The notes below the pieces were generated by a model. The model searched no databases. It saw only the letters and a list, made by a program, of their open reading frames with translations, and had not been told where the DNA came from. Positions 36,056-50,618 of a stretch of DNA of 64,000 nt are shown piece by piece; within the stretch, counting starts at the first letter, position 1; each line of letters begins with the position of its first letter. Source of the DNA: Lama guanicoe (Eukaryota); contig MU053365.1 of assembly GCA_013239625.1 (NCBI GenBank), positions 783,566-847,565 of the forward strand, given 5' to 3'. A program made the translations under genes and the position numbers.

Positions 36056-36352
36056 CTTTTCTTCAGCTTCATTGAGGTGTAATTGACAAAATTTGTATAT
36101 ATTAAGGTGTACAAAGTGATGGTTTTGACGTATATATCCTGAAATGATGACCACAATCAAGCTAATTAGCACGTCCATCACCTCCCACAGTTACCATTTT
36201 GTGTATGAGTGTGGTAAGAACACTTAAAATCTACTCTCTTAGCAAATTTCAAGTATACAATATGATATTATTAACATGGTTACCATTCGATCTGTATATT
36301 ACATCTCTGCACATTAGATCCCCAGAATTTATTCATCTGGTAATTGAAAGCT
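36056..36352 (-). mobile_element. L1MA9/10-like 3' end
   Basis: cagcttcattgaggtgtaattgacaaaa...caagctaattagcac...aaaatctactctcttagcaaatttcaagtatacaat. Confidence 0.85.
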
Positions 36353-38969
36353 TCAGGGATGGATCAGCAGTACAATCAGTCCGGTTGTTCCACGGGGGAA
36401 GGGAGAGCAGAGGCCTCAGTCTGGGGAAATTCTGCTTAATAACGTGACCTCCCAGGAATGGCTGCTCTAAAGAGGCCATGTTGCCCTGCCACTCGGTGGT
36501 TGCTGCTTCCTCCTTTCATAGCAACTGAAGCAGATCAGGATGATGGGGGAGAGACTCAGGGTGGGCCTGGACTACTGCAGATGCGTGGCTGAGAAGGCTT
36601 TAGATCACTTACCCAATGGCCCCTCTTAGGCTCTTTCTCCCCTAAACCTACAACTAACTCAATGAATCAGATGCCTCTGGATCCACTGTGAATGAAAACA
36701 TAATCTACTGTGAAGGGGAAAAGGTCCCCCTGATGGTCTTCTTAGCTTTGCTATAAGGGATCTAATGAAAAGATATCTTCCAATGCAAAGTTCCTTCACT
36801 GACTTCTGAGAGACTATAGCCGAGAAGAGAGCCACATCCCTGACCAAGCTGCACTTCGAGGCATCACACTTGAGCCTCAGTCATCCTTATGGCAACTCCC
36901 CACACTTCCTGACTCTACTTATCAGATCATGACATTACATTACTTAAATTTAAATTTATCAGCAGGATGATGTCTCCAAGATCACCTTGTTCTTTTCTGC
37001 CAGCACTTGGTTTTCTATATCATAGAATCACAGAATATCAGCACCACCAGGAACCCTACTATCTCTATGCCAACAGAGGTCCAAATGGCTCAGGAAGATC
37101 ACACAGCAACTTACATCAGAGTCAGAACCATAACCAGGTCCCATAAGTCTCAGTCACACACCCAAATCATGCAATCCTAACATCTTAAACCATCACATCT
37201 TGAATCATTCTTAATTACATCATAAAATACTTGTTCTTTGACCTATTAATTAAGGAAAATCTTAACCTTTGGAGAAATATGCAAATTTCCACCCAAGGGT
37301 CTGTAAGATAATTGTTGATGTTTTGTTTTGGGTTTTGGTTTTCTTTTTGAGGACTGATAGTCTCTCTAGTCAATAATCGTCAGCAAGTATTCATTAAGTT
37401 CCAAAAGGTCCCAAGTTATGGCAACACTTTGCCCCATAGCAATGCTTGAAAAGAGAAAATGGTAAGCTCTACTTAGACAAGACATGCAATTCACCTTATT
37501 GAAAGCCAGCCTTCCTGGAATGAATTATACTGGCTCTATTGGGTGTAAGGTGCCAAAGCAGTTCTCAATTAAAGAATAAAACCAAAAGCAAAGCCACAGT
37601 CTCTGGAGAGGGAAATGTTCTGGCCGTACTTCCATTTTCCATCAACCTCATTAATAGATGTATGTCTTCTCCAGCATGGTATCCTTTACATGGCATCTGT
37701 GGGTTATAAAAATCTTGCCAATATAGGGCCTATATGCAGGCTGTTTTCTGTGTCCCCAAATCCATCTGTTGATTTGTATCAGAATAGAATTTTTCCCTAC
37801 CCCTTCTGATTTGCTGAATTATGTTTGGGCAAATGTTTTGCCCAGACCAAACGGCAGCCATATTCTCTCTCTGCATTTGAGGTAGATAAGTAAAGCATGA
37901 GAGACAAATGTGGTGTGTGTGAAGAAAATCTTTAAAAAAAAATCTTCTGATCTCATATTCAAGAGCTAGTGAAGGACGGACATGATACCTGGTATTTTCC
38001 TTCCATTTTCACACGCCACAGTTTGGGTTAGAGTATCTGCCTTCAATCAAAAGCACATTTTTAGTGAGGTTTTTTTTTTTAACAGATTCATTAACCTGTA
38101 TTAATAAGCCTCCAAGTAGCCAGTTAGAATCTACACACTCACCAAAGTGTAATTTTTCAAAGTTCACTGATAAAATGATGATTGAAACTTTCTGTAAGAA
38201 TTGTGTTCACAATTAACATTTTCTAAGGTTGAACAAGTATCAGGACAGTTTATAGAGACAAGAAGTTCACAGTCTCCACGAGACTTGAAGATAATCATAA
38301 AATAAGGAACAAACTTCTCACTATAAGTCCATTAGTTAAGGACCTGGTGTAATATATAAACTGAGGATTTCTATACAAGCAGGGAGAATACATAAAACTT
38401 CTAAAAGTCTTTTTTTAGAGTTCCCAGGTGCCAAAGAGTGTGCCTGCTGACGAAACAAAAACTATGGCGGGTAGCATTACCTGGCACTTTGAGCCACACA
38501 AATACATCCTAAATAAACTCTGATGTAACAACATGTCAGTATCAGTATCAATATTGATACACGGACGTATACAATTTGGGAAATGGCTGAAAACCTCACA
38601 GAAACGTTTAACTAAAAAGATGTTCTAATCATGGAATGCTAAAGCTGCAAGGAACCTTGAGGATTATAGATCGATTTATGGCTTTTTCAGCAAACAAAAA
38701 AAGATCAGAGAGGGAAGACGAGCAGAACACAGTTTGAAAGCTTTATAAGGAACAGAGAGTCAAAATTCTAACCCATGAGTCCTGCTTCCAGCCCAGTACT
38801 CATTCCTCTCCCCCACCTGTAGTTGGCATCCTGCAGATGTAAGTCCTCCAAATGAAACACCCAAAAATAGGGGAGGGCTTGGGTCCACAGCCATGTGAAG
38901 AAACAGTATTCATTCATGAGTTGTGTTTACAAAATATTTTTAATAATCCAAAAGTGAGTTTCTTTTTCT

Positions 38970-39200
38970 GAAGGTAAAATGGATATTACACAATTATATA
39001 AGCAGTATCATCAGAACTACACAAAACAGATGCAAAGGAAGAAGACTAGAAGCAAATGCACCAAAAAGTAAACAGTAGTCTCTGGAGGGCGGTGAGGGAG
39101 TGACATTTGGATGATCTTTTTTTCTCTACATTGCTGTGTTTTCCAATTTTTTTTTATAATTCTCCTGTATTACCTTTTAAACTGAAAAACAAATTTTCAA
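38970..39200 (+). mobile_element. Ancient L1ME-like 3' end
   Basis: aagactagaagcaaatgcaccaaaaagtaaacagtagtctctgg...ttttccaatttttt...tgtattaccttttaa. Confidence 0.6.
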
Positions 39201-39747
39201 TAATCTTTCATTTAAAAAGGCTTACTTCTGCGCCCGGATTGGGTTAGGGTCTCCTCAGAAGCCCCCAGGGCCAATCCCCACTGGACATCAACAACCTGCC
39301 TCCTTCTCTCTAAGGGATGTAAATTAGGAGCAAGTGCCTCAGTGAGATACATCCTGGGAAGAGGTGGAAAGGACAATGGATTTCAGGAAGACTCCATCAA
39401 AGAAGCTGATAAAGGTGGGGGAAGCCAGGAACAATGTCCTTGTCACACCTGATTCAAACTGTTTAGAGCGCCATATGTTCATATTAATATCGAAAACTCA
39501 GCAAAGATTCCTAAAAGAACTGCGCAGCAACTCAAGTCTGCAATCAGAAAGTATCAACGTGCAGAGATTTAAGTCTGCTTATCCCAGAAAAGGCTTAAGA
39601 CCATGCATTACCGCAGGTTTTCCCTGTATTTCCTGCAAGGGTAGGCTCAGTTTTTTCTAACTTATATTACTGTATTAATCCTTTTTTCCTGTTTTTCCCA
39701 TCAGAATGATAGCTTCAGAAGGAGAGGTATTTTTGTCTGTCCTTTGT

Positions 39748-40920
39748 TTCTTTTTCTTTTTATTTACAAATGATTTTAGACATACGGAACAATTGCAAAA
39801 GTAGTACAGAGAGCTGCTATATACCCACCACTCAGCTTCCCCTAATGTTAACATCTTATATAGCCATATTAAAGTGATCAAAACTGGAAATTAAAATTAG
39901 CACAATACTAGTAATTGAACTACAGAAATTATTCACATGTCACTTTTCCCCCCAACGTCATTTTTTCTGTTCAAGAATCCAATCTGGGACCTCACATTGC
40001 ATTTAGATATCCTGCTACCTTAGTCTCCTCCAATTTGTGACGGTCACTCAGTCTTTCCTAGACCTTCGTGACCTTGATATTTTTGAAGAGTACTGATGAC
40101 TTATTTTGAGAATATCCTCCAATTTGGGTTTGTCTTGTTTTCTCATGGTTAGATTGAGGTTATGCATTTCTAGCAAGAATATCATGTAATACTGAACCTT
40201 TCTCAGGGCATGCTATCTTGGGATTCATGATGCTAACGTGTTATCACTAGTGATGCTAACTATGATCACCTGTTTAAAGTGTCTGCTGAGTTTCTCCACG
40301 ATTAAGTAATCATTTTTTCCCCTAGTAATTAATAGCTACCTTGGGGGAAGATACTTGAAGACTATGGAAATAATCTGTTTCTCCTCAAATTTTGGCCCAC
40401 TAATTTTAACCCCCATCAGTGGACTCTCCGGCAACAATTATTACTGTGGTGTTTTCATGGTGATTCTCTATTTCCCTCTTTTCTTCTGCATTGATTAACT
40501 GACACAGTTCCCTAAGGAAGAGCTGCTCTCCCATTTATTGAATTATTTATACCATGCATGGACTTCTACATACTTATTTTAGGAGTTATAATCCAATACT
40601 ACTGTTATTTATTTCCTTTCTCAGATGGTTCCATCTTTGGCCATTGGGAGCGCTTTCAGTTTGAAACCTATTTTCCTTTTTACCTGCACCATCCTTTTGG
40701 AGTACTTCTTTATTTTCAGTCATCACAAGATGTTCCAGGCTTGTCTTGTATTTTCTTTGCCCTAGCTCTGGAATCAACCACTTCTTTGAAGATCCCTGAT
40801 TCCTTTTGTGTGAGCAAGGTATTTAGAAACCAAGATCTGTACAGTAGCTCAGGTGCAAAGCTCATTGCTACTGGGGTATCATTGCTCCTAGATCCTCTCT
40901 ACAGACAGAGCTAGGAAGTA
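39748..40920 (-). mobile_element. L1MC-like 3' UTR
   Basis: tagtacagagagc...tatacccaccactcagcttcccctaatgttaacatctt terminus; homologous to 3330-4860. Confidence 0.85.

Positions 40921-40952
<32 letters not shown>
40921..40952. repeat. (TG)n microsatellite
   Basis: Direct read. Confidence 0.95.
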
Positions 40953-40955
<3 letters not shown>

Positions 40956-42997
40956 TGTCTGTTCATGTCTTTTTTCCATTATTATTTTGGCTTCTTGGTA
41001 GCTTGTTCCTCAATTTTTAAGAGTTCTTTATATAATAAGGACATAAGCCTTTTTTTCTATGGTAGACATTGCAAATATTTTTCTCCCAGCTTGCCTTTTA
41101 TCTTTGACTTTGTTTACAGTGTTCTTTGCCATGTTTTTTTTTTATTGTATGTCATCAAAGTAATTGATCTTTTCTTTTATTGCCTCTGGATTTTGAGTTG
41201 TATTTAGAAAGGCATTCCTTACCTCAAGCGTAAAGAGGAATTCACCTAATATTCTTCCAGTGCTTGCATGGGTTCATTTTTGACATTTGGATCCCAATCC
41301 ATTTAGAGTCTGTTCATGTCTTCTATGTGAGATGAGGATATAATTAATCTTTTTTTCAAAAGATTTCCCAGTTTTCCCAGAAATACTTATGAAAAAGTCC
41401 ATCTACATCCCATCTTTACCCAAATGATTTGAGGTAACACCTTTGTCACATGTTAAATTACTGGTTTCTTCAGTGTTTTCTTCACAAATGGATAATGAAT
41501 TTTGTCAAAGGCTTTTTTCAGCATCTATGGAGGTTCTCATATGATTTTTTTTCCTTACATCCCTTAATAAACTGGATTAATGGATATCCTATTATTGAAC
41601 CAATCTTACATGCCTGGAATAAATCTTATGTGGTCATGGTACATTATTTTCATAACATGGTATTGGATGCTGTTTGCTAGTGTTTTATTCAGTATTTTTG
41701 CATTAATATTCATGGGTGATACAGCTCTCTATTTTAGTTTCCTAATATTGCCTTCATCTGATTTACGTATCCATGTCATAGTCACTTCATAAAAGGAGCT
41801 GGAAAGTTTTCCTTCCTTTTCAATACTCAGGAATAATTTATAGCACATTGGGACAAACCAGTATTTGAAAATTTGGTAGAATTCCCCTGTAAAATCATCT
41901 GGGCCTGGTGTTTTGTGAATTTTTTTTAGAGGGGGTGATAAATCCTTAAAATTCCTCTCCTCCTTCTATTTAAGATTTAAGCTTTCTAAATCAAAAGATG
42001 AAAAAGCTCATTTTAGTAACCTGAATTTTCATAAGAAATCATCCATTTCATTTCGGTTTTCAAGTGTATTTACAAAGGTCTGAAAAGTAATACATTCGGT
42101 TTTATTTAGATTTCCACTTCTCATTGCTGGTTTTGTACAATTTTACTTTCTCCTTTTCCCCCTTTAGTTATTGATTTAACTATTTTGATGATTTTAAGAT
42201 AATAACCTCCAATGATACTGATTTATTATGTGTACTCTTTTTCTATTCTCTGCTTTGTAAATTTCTGTTTTTAACTTTACTAATTTTTTTCCTTGTTCAT
42301 TTTTGAGGGGTTTGCTTTTATTTATTTTTCTGGGTTTTTTTTTTGAGCTAAGCATTTATTTTATTTTCAGTCTCATTTTTATTGATAAAAATGTATAGTG
42401 CAGTGAATTTTTCTCTGATCACTGTTACAAATGCATTCTATAGATTCTGAAATGTAGTGTTTCAATGTAGTTATTTTATTATTTTAACTCTGTAATGTCA
42501 GTTTACACTGTCTATTCACTCAAGAGTTGTTTAATAGAAGGTTTTCTTAATTTCAGATTGAAAAGAATTTTCTATTTTTTGTTTTGTTAACAACATCTAA
42601 TTACACTGTAACTAGAGAGTGTTGCTTGTTATATTTTTATTTTATGGCAGTTACTGATATTTTCTTTGCTTTCCAGTATTGGTCAATATCGTGCCTGTGC
42701 CACGATTTATTGAGATAATGTGTATTTGCTATTATAAGGGAATTCAATATATCCATAAAATCCACCTAACTGATTCTGTTGTTTAGGTCTTCTTTCTATC
42801 TACTTAGCTTTCCCACTTGGTCTTTTTTTGTACTGGGAGTGGTTTATTAAAGTCTCCCATTATTAGTGTCATCTTATGTAGTTTTTCTTCATGAAGGTGA
42901 TCAAGGTCTTATTTGATGCATAAATAATCATAAATGATATATCTTTATTATGAATTATGACTTATAGCACTCATATGTATCCTTATGTCTATAACAA

Positions 42998-44960
42998 AAC
43001 CATTTTAAATATAAATAAATGAATAAGTTAAAAGTAAAGTATAGACCAAACAACCCAATCCAAAAATGAGCAGAAGACCTAAACAAGCAATTCTCCAAGA
43101 GAGACATACAAATGATCAATAGGCACATGAAAAAATGCTCAATATCACTAATTATCAGAGAAATGCAGATCAAAACTACACTGAGGTATCACCACACACA
43201 AGTCAGAATGGCCATCATTAGAAAATCCACCAATGACAAATGCTGGAGAGGCTGTGGAGAAAGGGGAACCCTCCTACACTGCTGGTGGGAATGCAGTTTG
43301 GGGCAGCCACTGTGGAAAACAGTATGGAGATTCCTCAAAAGACTAGGGATATGACCCAGGGATCCCGCTCCTGGGCATAAATCCAGAAGGAACCCTACTT
43401 CAAAATGACACCTGCACCCCAATGTTCATAGCAGCACTATTTACAATAGCCAAGACATGGAGGCAGCCTGAATGTCCATCAACAGATGACTGGATAAAGA
43501 AGATGTGGTATATTTATGTAACGGAATACTACTCAGCCATAAAAACCAACAGCATAACGCCATTTGCAGCAACATGGATGCTTCTGGGGAATGTCATTCT
43601 AAGTGAAGTAAGCCAGAAAGAGAAAGAAAAATACCATATGAGATCGCTCATATGTGAAATCTAAAAAAAACCAAAGAAACAAAAAAACAAACAAAGCATA
43701 AATACAAAAACAGAAACAGACTCATAGACATAGAATACAAACTTGTGGTTGCCAAGGGGGCGGATGGTGGGAAGGGATAGACGGTATTTCAAAATTGTAG
43801 AATAGATAAACAACATTATATTGTATAGCACAGGGAAATATATACAAGATATTATGGTAGCTCACAGAGAAAAAAATGTGACAATGAATATATGTATGTT
43901 CATGTATAACTGAAAAATTGTGCTCTACACTGGAATTTGACACAACATTGTAAAATGATTATAAATCAATAAAAAATGTTAAAAAATAAATAAATAAAAG
44001 TAAAGTATAGAGAAAGATATAACATGAAGCCACTGACTAAAGGGAAGCTATATTAATTTCAGACAAAGGAGACTTCAGAATATTATCAGGGATAAAAAGA
44101 GATATCACATAATGATAAAGAGTCTACTCTTCAAGAAGATGTAACAATCTTAAATGTTTCTGTACCTAAAAATAGAACTCCAAAATACATGAGGCAAATA
44201 TACTGATCAATTTGAAAGGATTGCAGACAGATCCATACACAGAGTTGGAGATGTCAATGTCCCCCTCTCAGTAACTGACAAAACAAGTAGGCAGACAATC
44301 AGAAAGTATATAACTAGCCTGAATAATACTATCAACCAACTCTACCTAATTGATATGAATAGAATGTTTCATCAGCAACAGCAGAATTTACATTCTAAGT
44401 GAACATGGACTACTCCTCATGATGGACCATATTCTGAGCCATAAGACAAAATTTAACAAATTTTAAAAGAATAGAAATAATGAAAGTATGTTCTTAGACT
44501 GTAATGGTTTTTACATAGAAATCGATAACAAAAATATGTGGGAAACACCCAATATTTAGAAATAAAAAAGCACACTTCTAAATATCCCATGGGTCGATGA
44601 AGCATTCTCGGGGGAAGTTAAAAAGGTATTTTGAACTGGATAAAATTAAGAATACAACATATCAAAATCGGCGGGACACTGTTAATGCTGTGCCAGAGGA
44701 AATTTCATAACATTAAATATATAAATTAGAAAAAAGAAAGATCTAAAATCGCTGGCCTGAGATTCCACCTTAGATAATTGAGACAAAGAAGAGCAAATGA
44801 GACTCAAAGCAAGGAAAAGGAAGTAAATAATAAAGATTAGAACAGAGATCAGTTATATTACGAACAGAAACACAATAGAGAAAATCAATGAAACCAAAAG
44901 ATGGTTCTTTGGAAATAGTAATAAAATTGATAAAGCCAAGAAAAAACCAACAAGAATAAA
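42998..44960 (+). mobile_element. Intermediate-age L1 ORF2 endonuclease-region fragment, itself interrupted by a young L1
   Basis: Degenerate AILISDK (gctatattaatttcagacaaa), VGDxNxPLS (gttggagatgtcaatgtccccctctca) and IEKINETKRWFF motifs. Confidence 0.88.
43046..43995 (+). mobile_element. Young 5'-truncated L1 (ORF2 C-terminus, camelid-type 3' UTR, A tail) with 16-bp TSD
   Basis: [41 protein letters not shown] and [13 protein letters not shown] motifs. TSD AAAAGTAAAGTATAGA at 43030-43045 and 43996-44011, at a TT/AAAA site. Confidence 0.97.
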
Positions 44961-46649
44961 TGTTTTCTACTATGTTACATTTAATGCTTTATGGCTTGAA
45001 ATCTACCTTGTCTGATATCAGTATGACTATCTCTTTATTTCCATTTGTCTGCCATTCTTTTATTTATCCCTTTATTTTTAGCCTTTCCAAATCAGGTTGT
45101 TTTAGGTCAAGCTTTGTATGTGGCTTATAGTTGGACCTTGTGTTGTGTGCCAATTAAAGTGTTATGAATTAATGAGTTACTTGCATTTACTGCTATGACT
45201 GATTTTTTCCTCAAATCTGCTTTAATATTGTATCATTATGTTTATATTGCTGTATTTTCTGTGTCCTTCTCTACAAGTTATAAATTCTTTTCTTTTTAAA
45301 ATAAGTTTCTTCTATTATTTAGGAAGGCTTGTATTTTTATTCTAGTATATACCCTTGTTGTTGCACTTCATACTTATCTAATCTTTTGCTAGTTGGTTTA
45401 CCTGTTTGTTTGTTTTCCAATTCCTTTAACACATACCTATTGCCTATATAGCACTTACTTTCTCCTGTTTTCTCTTTTTATTCATCTTCTTCCTCCCAGT
45501 GTTAGTTGCATTATTTCTACTTTGTCATAGTATGTATTTTGTGTATTAATAGTCTACCATCATTCTTACTTTTTGTCTTATATATATTTTAATATGCTCA
45601 CCATTAGTCCTTTTGCAGAAGTGTCCCAATCATATCTTGATTGGCTGAAGCTCACCCCCTAGTAAATTCCTCAAAGTGAGCTGATGAGTCTAGAATTCCC
45701 TGAGTTCTTGTATGTTGAAAACTGTTTTTCTATAGTTTGAAACTTAAAGAACAACCTGGTTGGATATATCTTCCTTGGTCCATACTTACATTGCTTTTTA
45801 AAAAAAAGTTTCTCCATTGTTGCCCTGCTTTATATGTTGGTTTTGAAAAGTCTGTGTCAGTCTAATGGTTTTTATAAGTTAATTGATCTTTTTGCCTGGA
45901 GGTCTTAAAGATTTTATTTTTGTTTTTGAAATATAACAGCTTTATCAGGTCATGTGTTGGAGTTGATTGTTCTCTGTTAATTTCCCTAGGTACTAGGGGT
46001 CAATTCAGGTCTTTTTCTATTTCTGGGAAGTTTTCTTATTTTACAGTTTTAAATCTTAGCTCTATATCAGTGTTTTGCTTTTTCCTCTCCAGGGACTCCA
46101 ATAATACAAACATTATTCCTTCTTTGCCTCTCTTGCCTTTCCACTATCTTCTCTCTGACCATTTTTCCTTATTTCTTTATGGTGTGTTTATCCTCTTGGT
46201 TTTTCCCCCTGCCTTTTTCAATGCCTCTTTGCAAATTTTCATTTCAACCTATTCTCCCTGTCTTGGGCCCCTTGTAATTTATTTTTCTTTTATGAGATCA
46301 TTTTGTCTTTTTCTTTTATTTATTTCCAAAATCCACAGACAACTTTTTATTTCTCCTTGTTTTCAGGTCATTGTTACTTTTAGTTTTTTAATTTTTGATT
46401 CAACTTTTTTTTTAAAGCCTTAAGAGCTTGTCTGAGTATATTTAGTTACGTCTGGTGGCTGACAGACAGTTTTTTTGTGCTTCATGTTTTGTCTTGTTTT
46501 GTTTGGAGGGGGATATTATCCTCAGTTCATATATATTTTATTTCCTGATTTTCTGCCATAGCTTTCTTCACCTTTTTGTTCATTTTTTTTCTTTTTTGTT
46601 CATTTTTATGGTATTAGGGCATTTGACAAGACTTCTAAATTAATGGCAT

Positions 46650-47012
46650 TGCTATGGACTGAATTATGTCCCCTCAAAATTCATAGGTTGAAGCCCTAAC
46701 CCCAGTGTGATTGTATTTGGAGAGAGGGCCTTTAAAGAGGCAATTAGGTTAGTTGAGGTCACGGGTAGAGTCCAAAAAGAAGAAGAAATCTCTCTCTCTC
46801 TCCACGCACCCACTGAGGAAAGGCCACGTGGGGACACAGTGAGAAGGCAGCTAACTTCAAGCCAACAGGAGAGCCCTCATAAGAAGCTGAACCCTGCCAG
46901 ACCTTGATCTTGAACTTCCCAGCCTCCGGTACTATGAGAAAATTAATCTCTATTGTTTAAAAGCCACTCAGTCTATGGTGTTTGTTACAGTGGCCCGAGC
47001 TGACTTAATGCA
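46650..47012 (+). mobile_element. MaLR solo LTR (MLT1A/B-like)
   Basis: TG...CA ends; tgctatggactgaattatgtcccctcaaaattcata...ccttgatcttgaacttcccagcctcc; degenerate 5-bp TSD GGCAT/GGCAC. Confidence 0.9.
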
Positions 47013-48109
47013 GGCACCTTCTCCTGTCAGTGTAGCAAAGTTCAGGTAATTCCGTAGTAGTGGTAGGAGTTGGGAGCTTTTAGATTTTGTGGTTTTCTTT
47101 TGTTTTGCAAGACCCCAAATTTCCATCCCCACTTTCTTCTGTATTCCTTTTGACTACCCAATTGCCAAATGATTCTTCTCACTTCCTGCTTGGGTTTTTT
47201 CTCCCCTGCCAAAGCTGTGTGTTTTGAAAGCTGTTCCTTCACACCCTGCCTGTCCTTTTACATCATGCCTACTTGTTTAAATAGGGCTTGACCATGGTTT
47301 TTAAACTATGTGTACCCCTGTAAATCACGTATAATTTGAAGTTCCTTCCTTATAATTCATGCTCTGATCTTCCTCGAAACTTTTTCTTCTAGTATTTTCA
47401 GACTTAGCATCTACTATCCTCTGGCAATAGATTTAAAATAAACTTAGGGCCTTTTGCTAACTTCTCTTCTGTCTTCCTTTAAGTTTTTCTTATCTGCCTT
47501 TGCTTGCCATAGAGCTCTGCAGAAGGCCAGCCATGGGCCAGAACTATGAGCGATCACACGGTGGGAAGTGGTGAATTGTCTCTTTTCACTTACAGTTATT
47601 TGAAGTTTGGGCGCATTCTCTGTCTTCAAGTTATGCTAAGGGTATGGTTTTCGGGTAGATTCCCTTTTAACCTTTCTTTTTAAATCAGCTTGGCAGCATA
47701 TATTAAGAGGCAGGTAGTTACGCTGTAATCATTGTTGTAATCTACCTGATGTCTGTCTGTGTTTCTCTTTTAAAAAGCAATTTAAGGATGCTTTTTATGC
47801 CAACTTGGAAAAAACTGACTTTGCTTCCTTTTGTGGAAGAGAGTAGTAATAACAGCAATGTTGCTACAATTCAATAAGACTAAAGCAAATAAAGCATAAA
47901 GATTTAAAATTAGGGTGGCAGGACTGCCCTTTAACAATGCACAATTCAAATTTTAGATATAAAAATGATGTCTCATGGAAAAAAAATCTACTGTCAAACT
48001 CCTCCTTCAAAAATACTTGATATAGCTTCTTTGGCAAACTAAGGGATGGAAGTCATCAATATTTATAAGGAAAAGGGTCTTGACCTTTCTGAAACTGTCA
48101 TGCAGGCTT

Positions 48110-48590
48110 GTGTTATATAGTCACTGGGAATGCTTTTGGCAGAAAGTAACCAACATCTGATGACTATTGGTTGAAGCTACAAGGATATTTACTGTTAACT
48201 TAAAAGAAGGTAGGAAGCTCAACAGGGCCTTCAAGGACTGAGGCTCTTTCCATCTCTCTGCTCTGCAACACTCAAAGGTTTGACTATTGTATATGAGTGT
48301 GTGTGTGTGTGTGTGTGGTGAGTTCTTATCACCTCATGGTCACAAGAAGGCTGCTCTAGCTTCAGATATTTTGTCTGAATTTTAGCAGGAAGAACAAAAA
48401 GGGGAAGTCATACGTGCCTTTTTATCAGGAAACCACAAACACTCCTCCAAGTTCTACAACAGATTTCCCCTCTGTCTCATTGACTCACGTGGCCAAACCT
48501 ACCTCCAAGGACCTAGCTTTCCAGTATCTACAGGCAGCAATAAAAAGGGAGTTGAAAATGGCTGTGGAATTTGCCAACCAACAATGTCTG
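48110..48590. mobile_element. Old MaLR LTR (MLT1J/K-like) containing (TG)n at ~48293-48317
   Basis: aggctctttccatctctctgctctgc...cctcatggtcacaagaaggctgct...cagatttcccctctgtctcattg. Confidence 0.65.
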
Positions 48591-49434
48591 CTAATAATTC
48601 CAGAATAGTTGCCACTAGTAGTTCTAGAAAAGACATCGAAAGATACCTTCAGCTCAGGTGCTTCCAAAATAACAGCAGTTGTCACTAACACTTTGAGACA
48701 CTTACTCCCTATAGTCAAGATATGGAGTTTCAAAGCTTTTCTCCTTCTGAGCAGCCTATTGTATTTAGGCCTAATGTGACAAAGCCACATCCACATGTAT
48801 GGGTGTTTAGAAAGATGACACAGGGTGTTCAGTGGAAGTGTGGAGAGTTTGCATGTAAGGCACAGTGTGTTGAGACAGTGGGATTGTCTGACCTGAGTGA
48901 TTAAGAGACTGAGAATGTCACTGTGACATTGTGTCACTGAAGAAAAGTACAGAAAATGACTTGGTTCCTTGTTGACTCTCACCAATTGATAATACCTAGA
49001 GCACACTGCAGATTCTAGGCACAGACTTGTAAAGGCTGTTAGTGGCTTATAAGCTCTCAAAACAAGGGAACTTGACCAGGGAGCAACAGTGCATCGCAAT
49101 AGAATTTAGAAGGTCAAAGAAACCAAACCACTTTTCATAAATTCTTAATTGAAAAATTGAGTATGGAAACTGACTGAGGCATTACCATTAATATATAACA
49201 CTGAAGAACCCTCCCACTATTCCTTTTAATATGATCCATCTCCTTATTCATCTGTTTTGACTTCAGTGTAAACTCCGCCAGCTGGCATCCTAGTGGAATA
49301 TAAACATTCTATAGTTATTAAACAACAACAAGTCATATATCACATATGACATAAAGATAAACAATGAACAGTTTCTTTGTTCTCTTAGAGGAATAGCAAT
49401 ACTCTTTCTCAATAATAAGAATCCAGTATAAGTC

Positions 49435-49640
49435 TCTCTTATTTTATGCTTTGCAAGACTGTTTCATTTCATCCTCACAAGAAAACAGGAGGTGTATCAT
49501 TGTGCCTACTTTGCAGATGAAAAACATGAGCTAAGAGAGGGGAAGTGACTTGTCCAAAGTCCCCTGGCTTCCTAGTTAAAGCAATGAGGCTTGGCTTCAG
49601 ATTTCCTGAGTCCACATCCACTGCTCTCTCCACCCTTTCA
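49435..49640 (-). mobile_element. MIR SINE
   Basis: tcatttcatcctcacaa...ttgcagatgaaaaacatgagctaagagaggggaagtgacttgtccaaagtc. Confidence 0.8.
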
Positions 49641-50618
49641 GGCTGTTTCCTGGACCACCTCTTGGTTCAGGGTTTTGAAATGAAGCGCTTCTGACTTGTT
49701 TACTTCTTCTGTTGTGCTAAAAGCAACTTGAAGTCGCAACCCTGTGGTCCACTTGGGACCAGTATTTCCAGAATTAATCCAGCATCAAATGTTTTGGCCT
49801 ACTGTTCCTGTCAGTAAAGAAGACATCTTGTCATTCTGTACCAGCTTTCATTCTTTTCCAGTTGGACATAAACGAGACAGTGCACTTGCAGAATGATCAA
49901 AAGCAAGGGCTGATTTCCCACAGAATAATCACAGTACTATTTACCTATAAAAGCAAGATCAACAGACAATGCCAAAATAGAAAACCCTGATATTTCTGTC
50001 ATATCCATGTCAAGTCAGATGAAACCAAGATAGAAAAAACAGACTCCACTGTTAGGCTGGCTTCTTTATTCCCCTTAATAATAGCAAGGTGAAACCAAAA
50101 GCATCAAGAAGAACCGTAAAATTCACATTAGGCAATGAAATCGTTCAACTGAGATACTGCTCAAAGGTATTTACCAAGAATGTTTTTTATGAACTTCTCT
50201 TAAAAAAACCCAGAGTAAAGAAGTAAGAATGAATTTCACCACAGTTTACAATCAACACCAGCTTCCTAGTTTTTCTTGGATGAACATGATCTTATTGTAT
50301 TTTAAGTTTATATAATTCTACCAAACGGGACATTTAGTCTCCAAGAAAAAATCCTATTAAAAGGCTAAATAAGTTACTTGGACAATACATAATATCTCCC
50401 TAAGTATTTTTCTCAAATACAAAGATTCACTTTTCTATTTAAAAAAGTGTCTAAAGAAAAGGCATTTGAAGTTTTCACAGATAGCTGCAGAATGGTTTGC
50501 TAAGTTAACCATGGGATAAACACAACTTGTTTGGTTCACTGTGACCATTATTCAGAGAGATGCCAACTCATGCACATGTGCTGAAATGCTCTTTTGCTTT
50601 GCCCTCTAGAATGCAACT

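Larger units (their letters stand above)
40953..46640 (-). mobile_element. Long degraded ancient L1M (ORF2 towards the 5' region), interrupted at ~42995-44960
   Basis: RT-region homology (gaattttgtcaaaggcttttttcagcatctatgg; tggtagaattcccctgtaaaatcatctgggcctggtg). The endonuclease region resumes at ~44978 (cttgaaatctaccttgtctgatatcag). Confidence 0.85.

Noticed and set aside
38545..38560. 16-bp perfect palindrome GTATCAATATTGATAC
   Set aside because: About one such palindrome is expected by chance in 64 kb.
45920..46423. 167-aa hydrophobic Phe/Leu/Ser-rich ORF
   Set aside because: Antisense reading of A-rich L1 sequence, not a membrane protein.
48485..49099. 204-aa minus-strand ORF
   Set aside because: Non-ATG start, partly overlaps an LTR relic, and has no domain resemblance. 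Likely chance.
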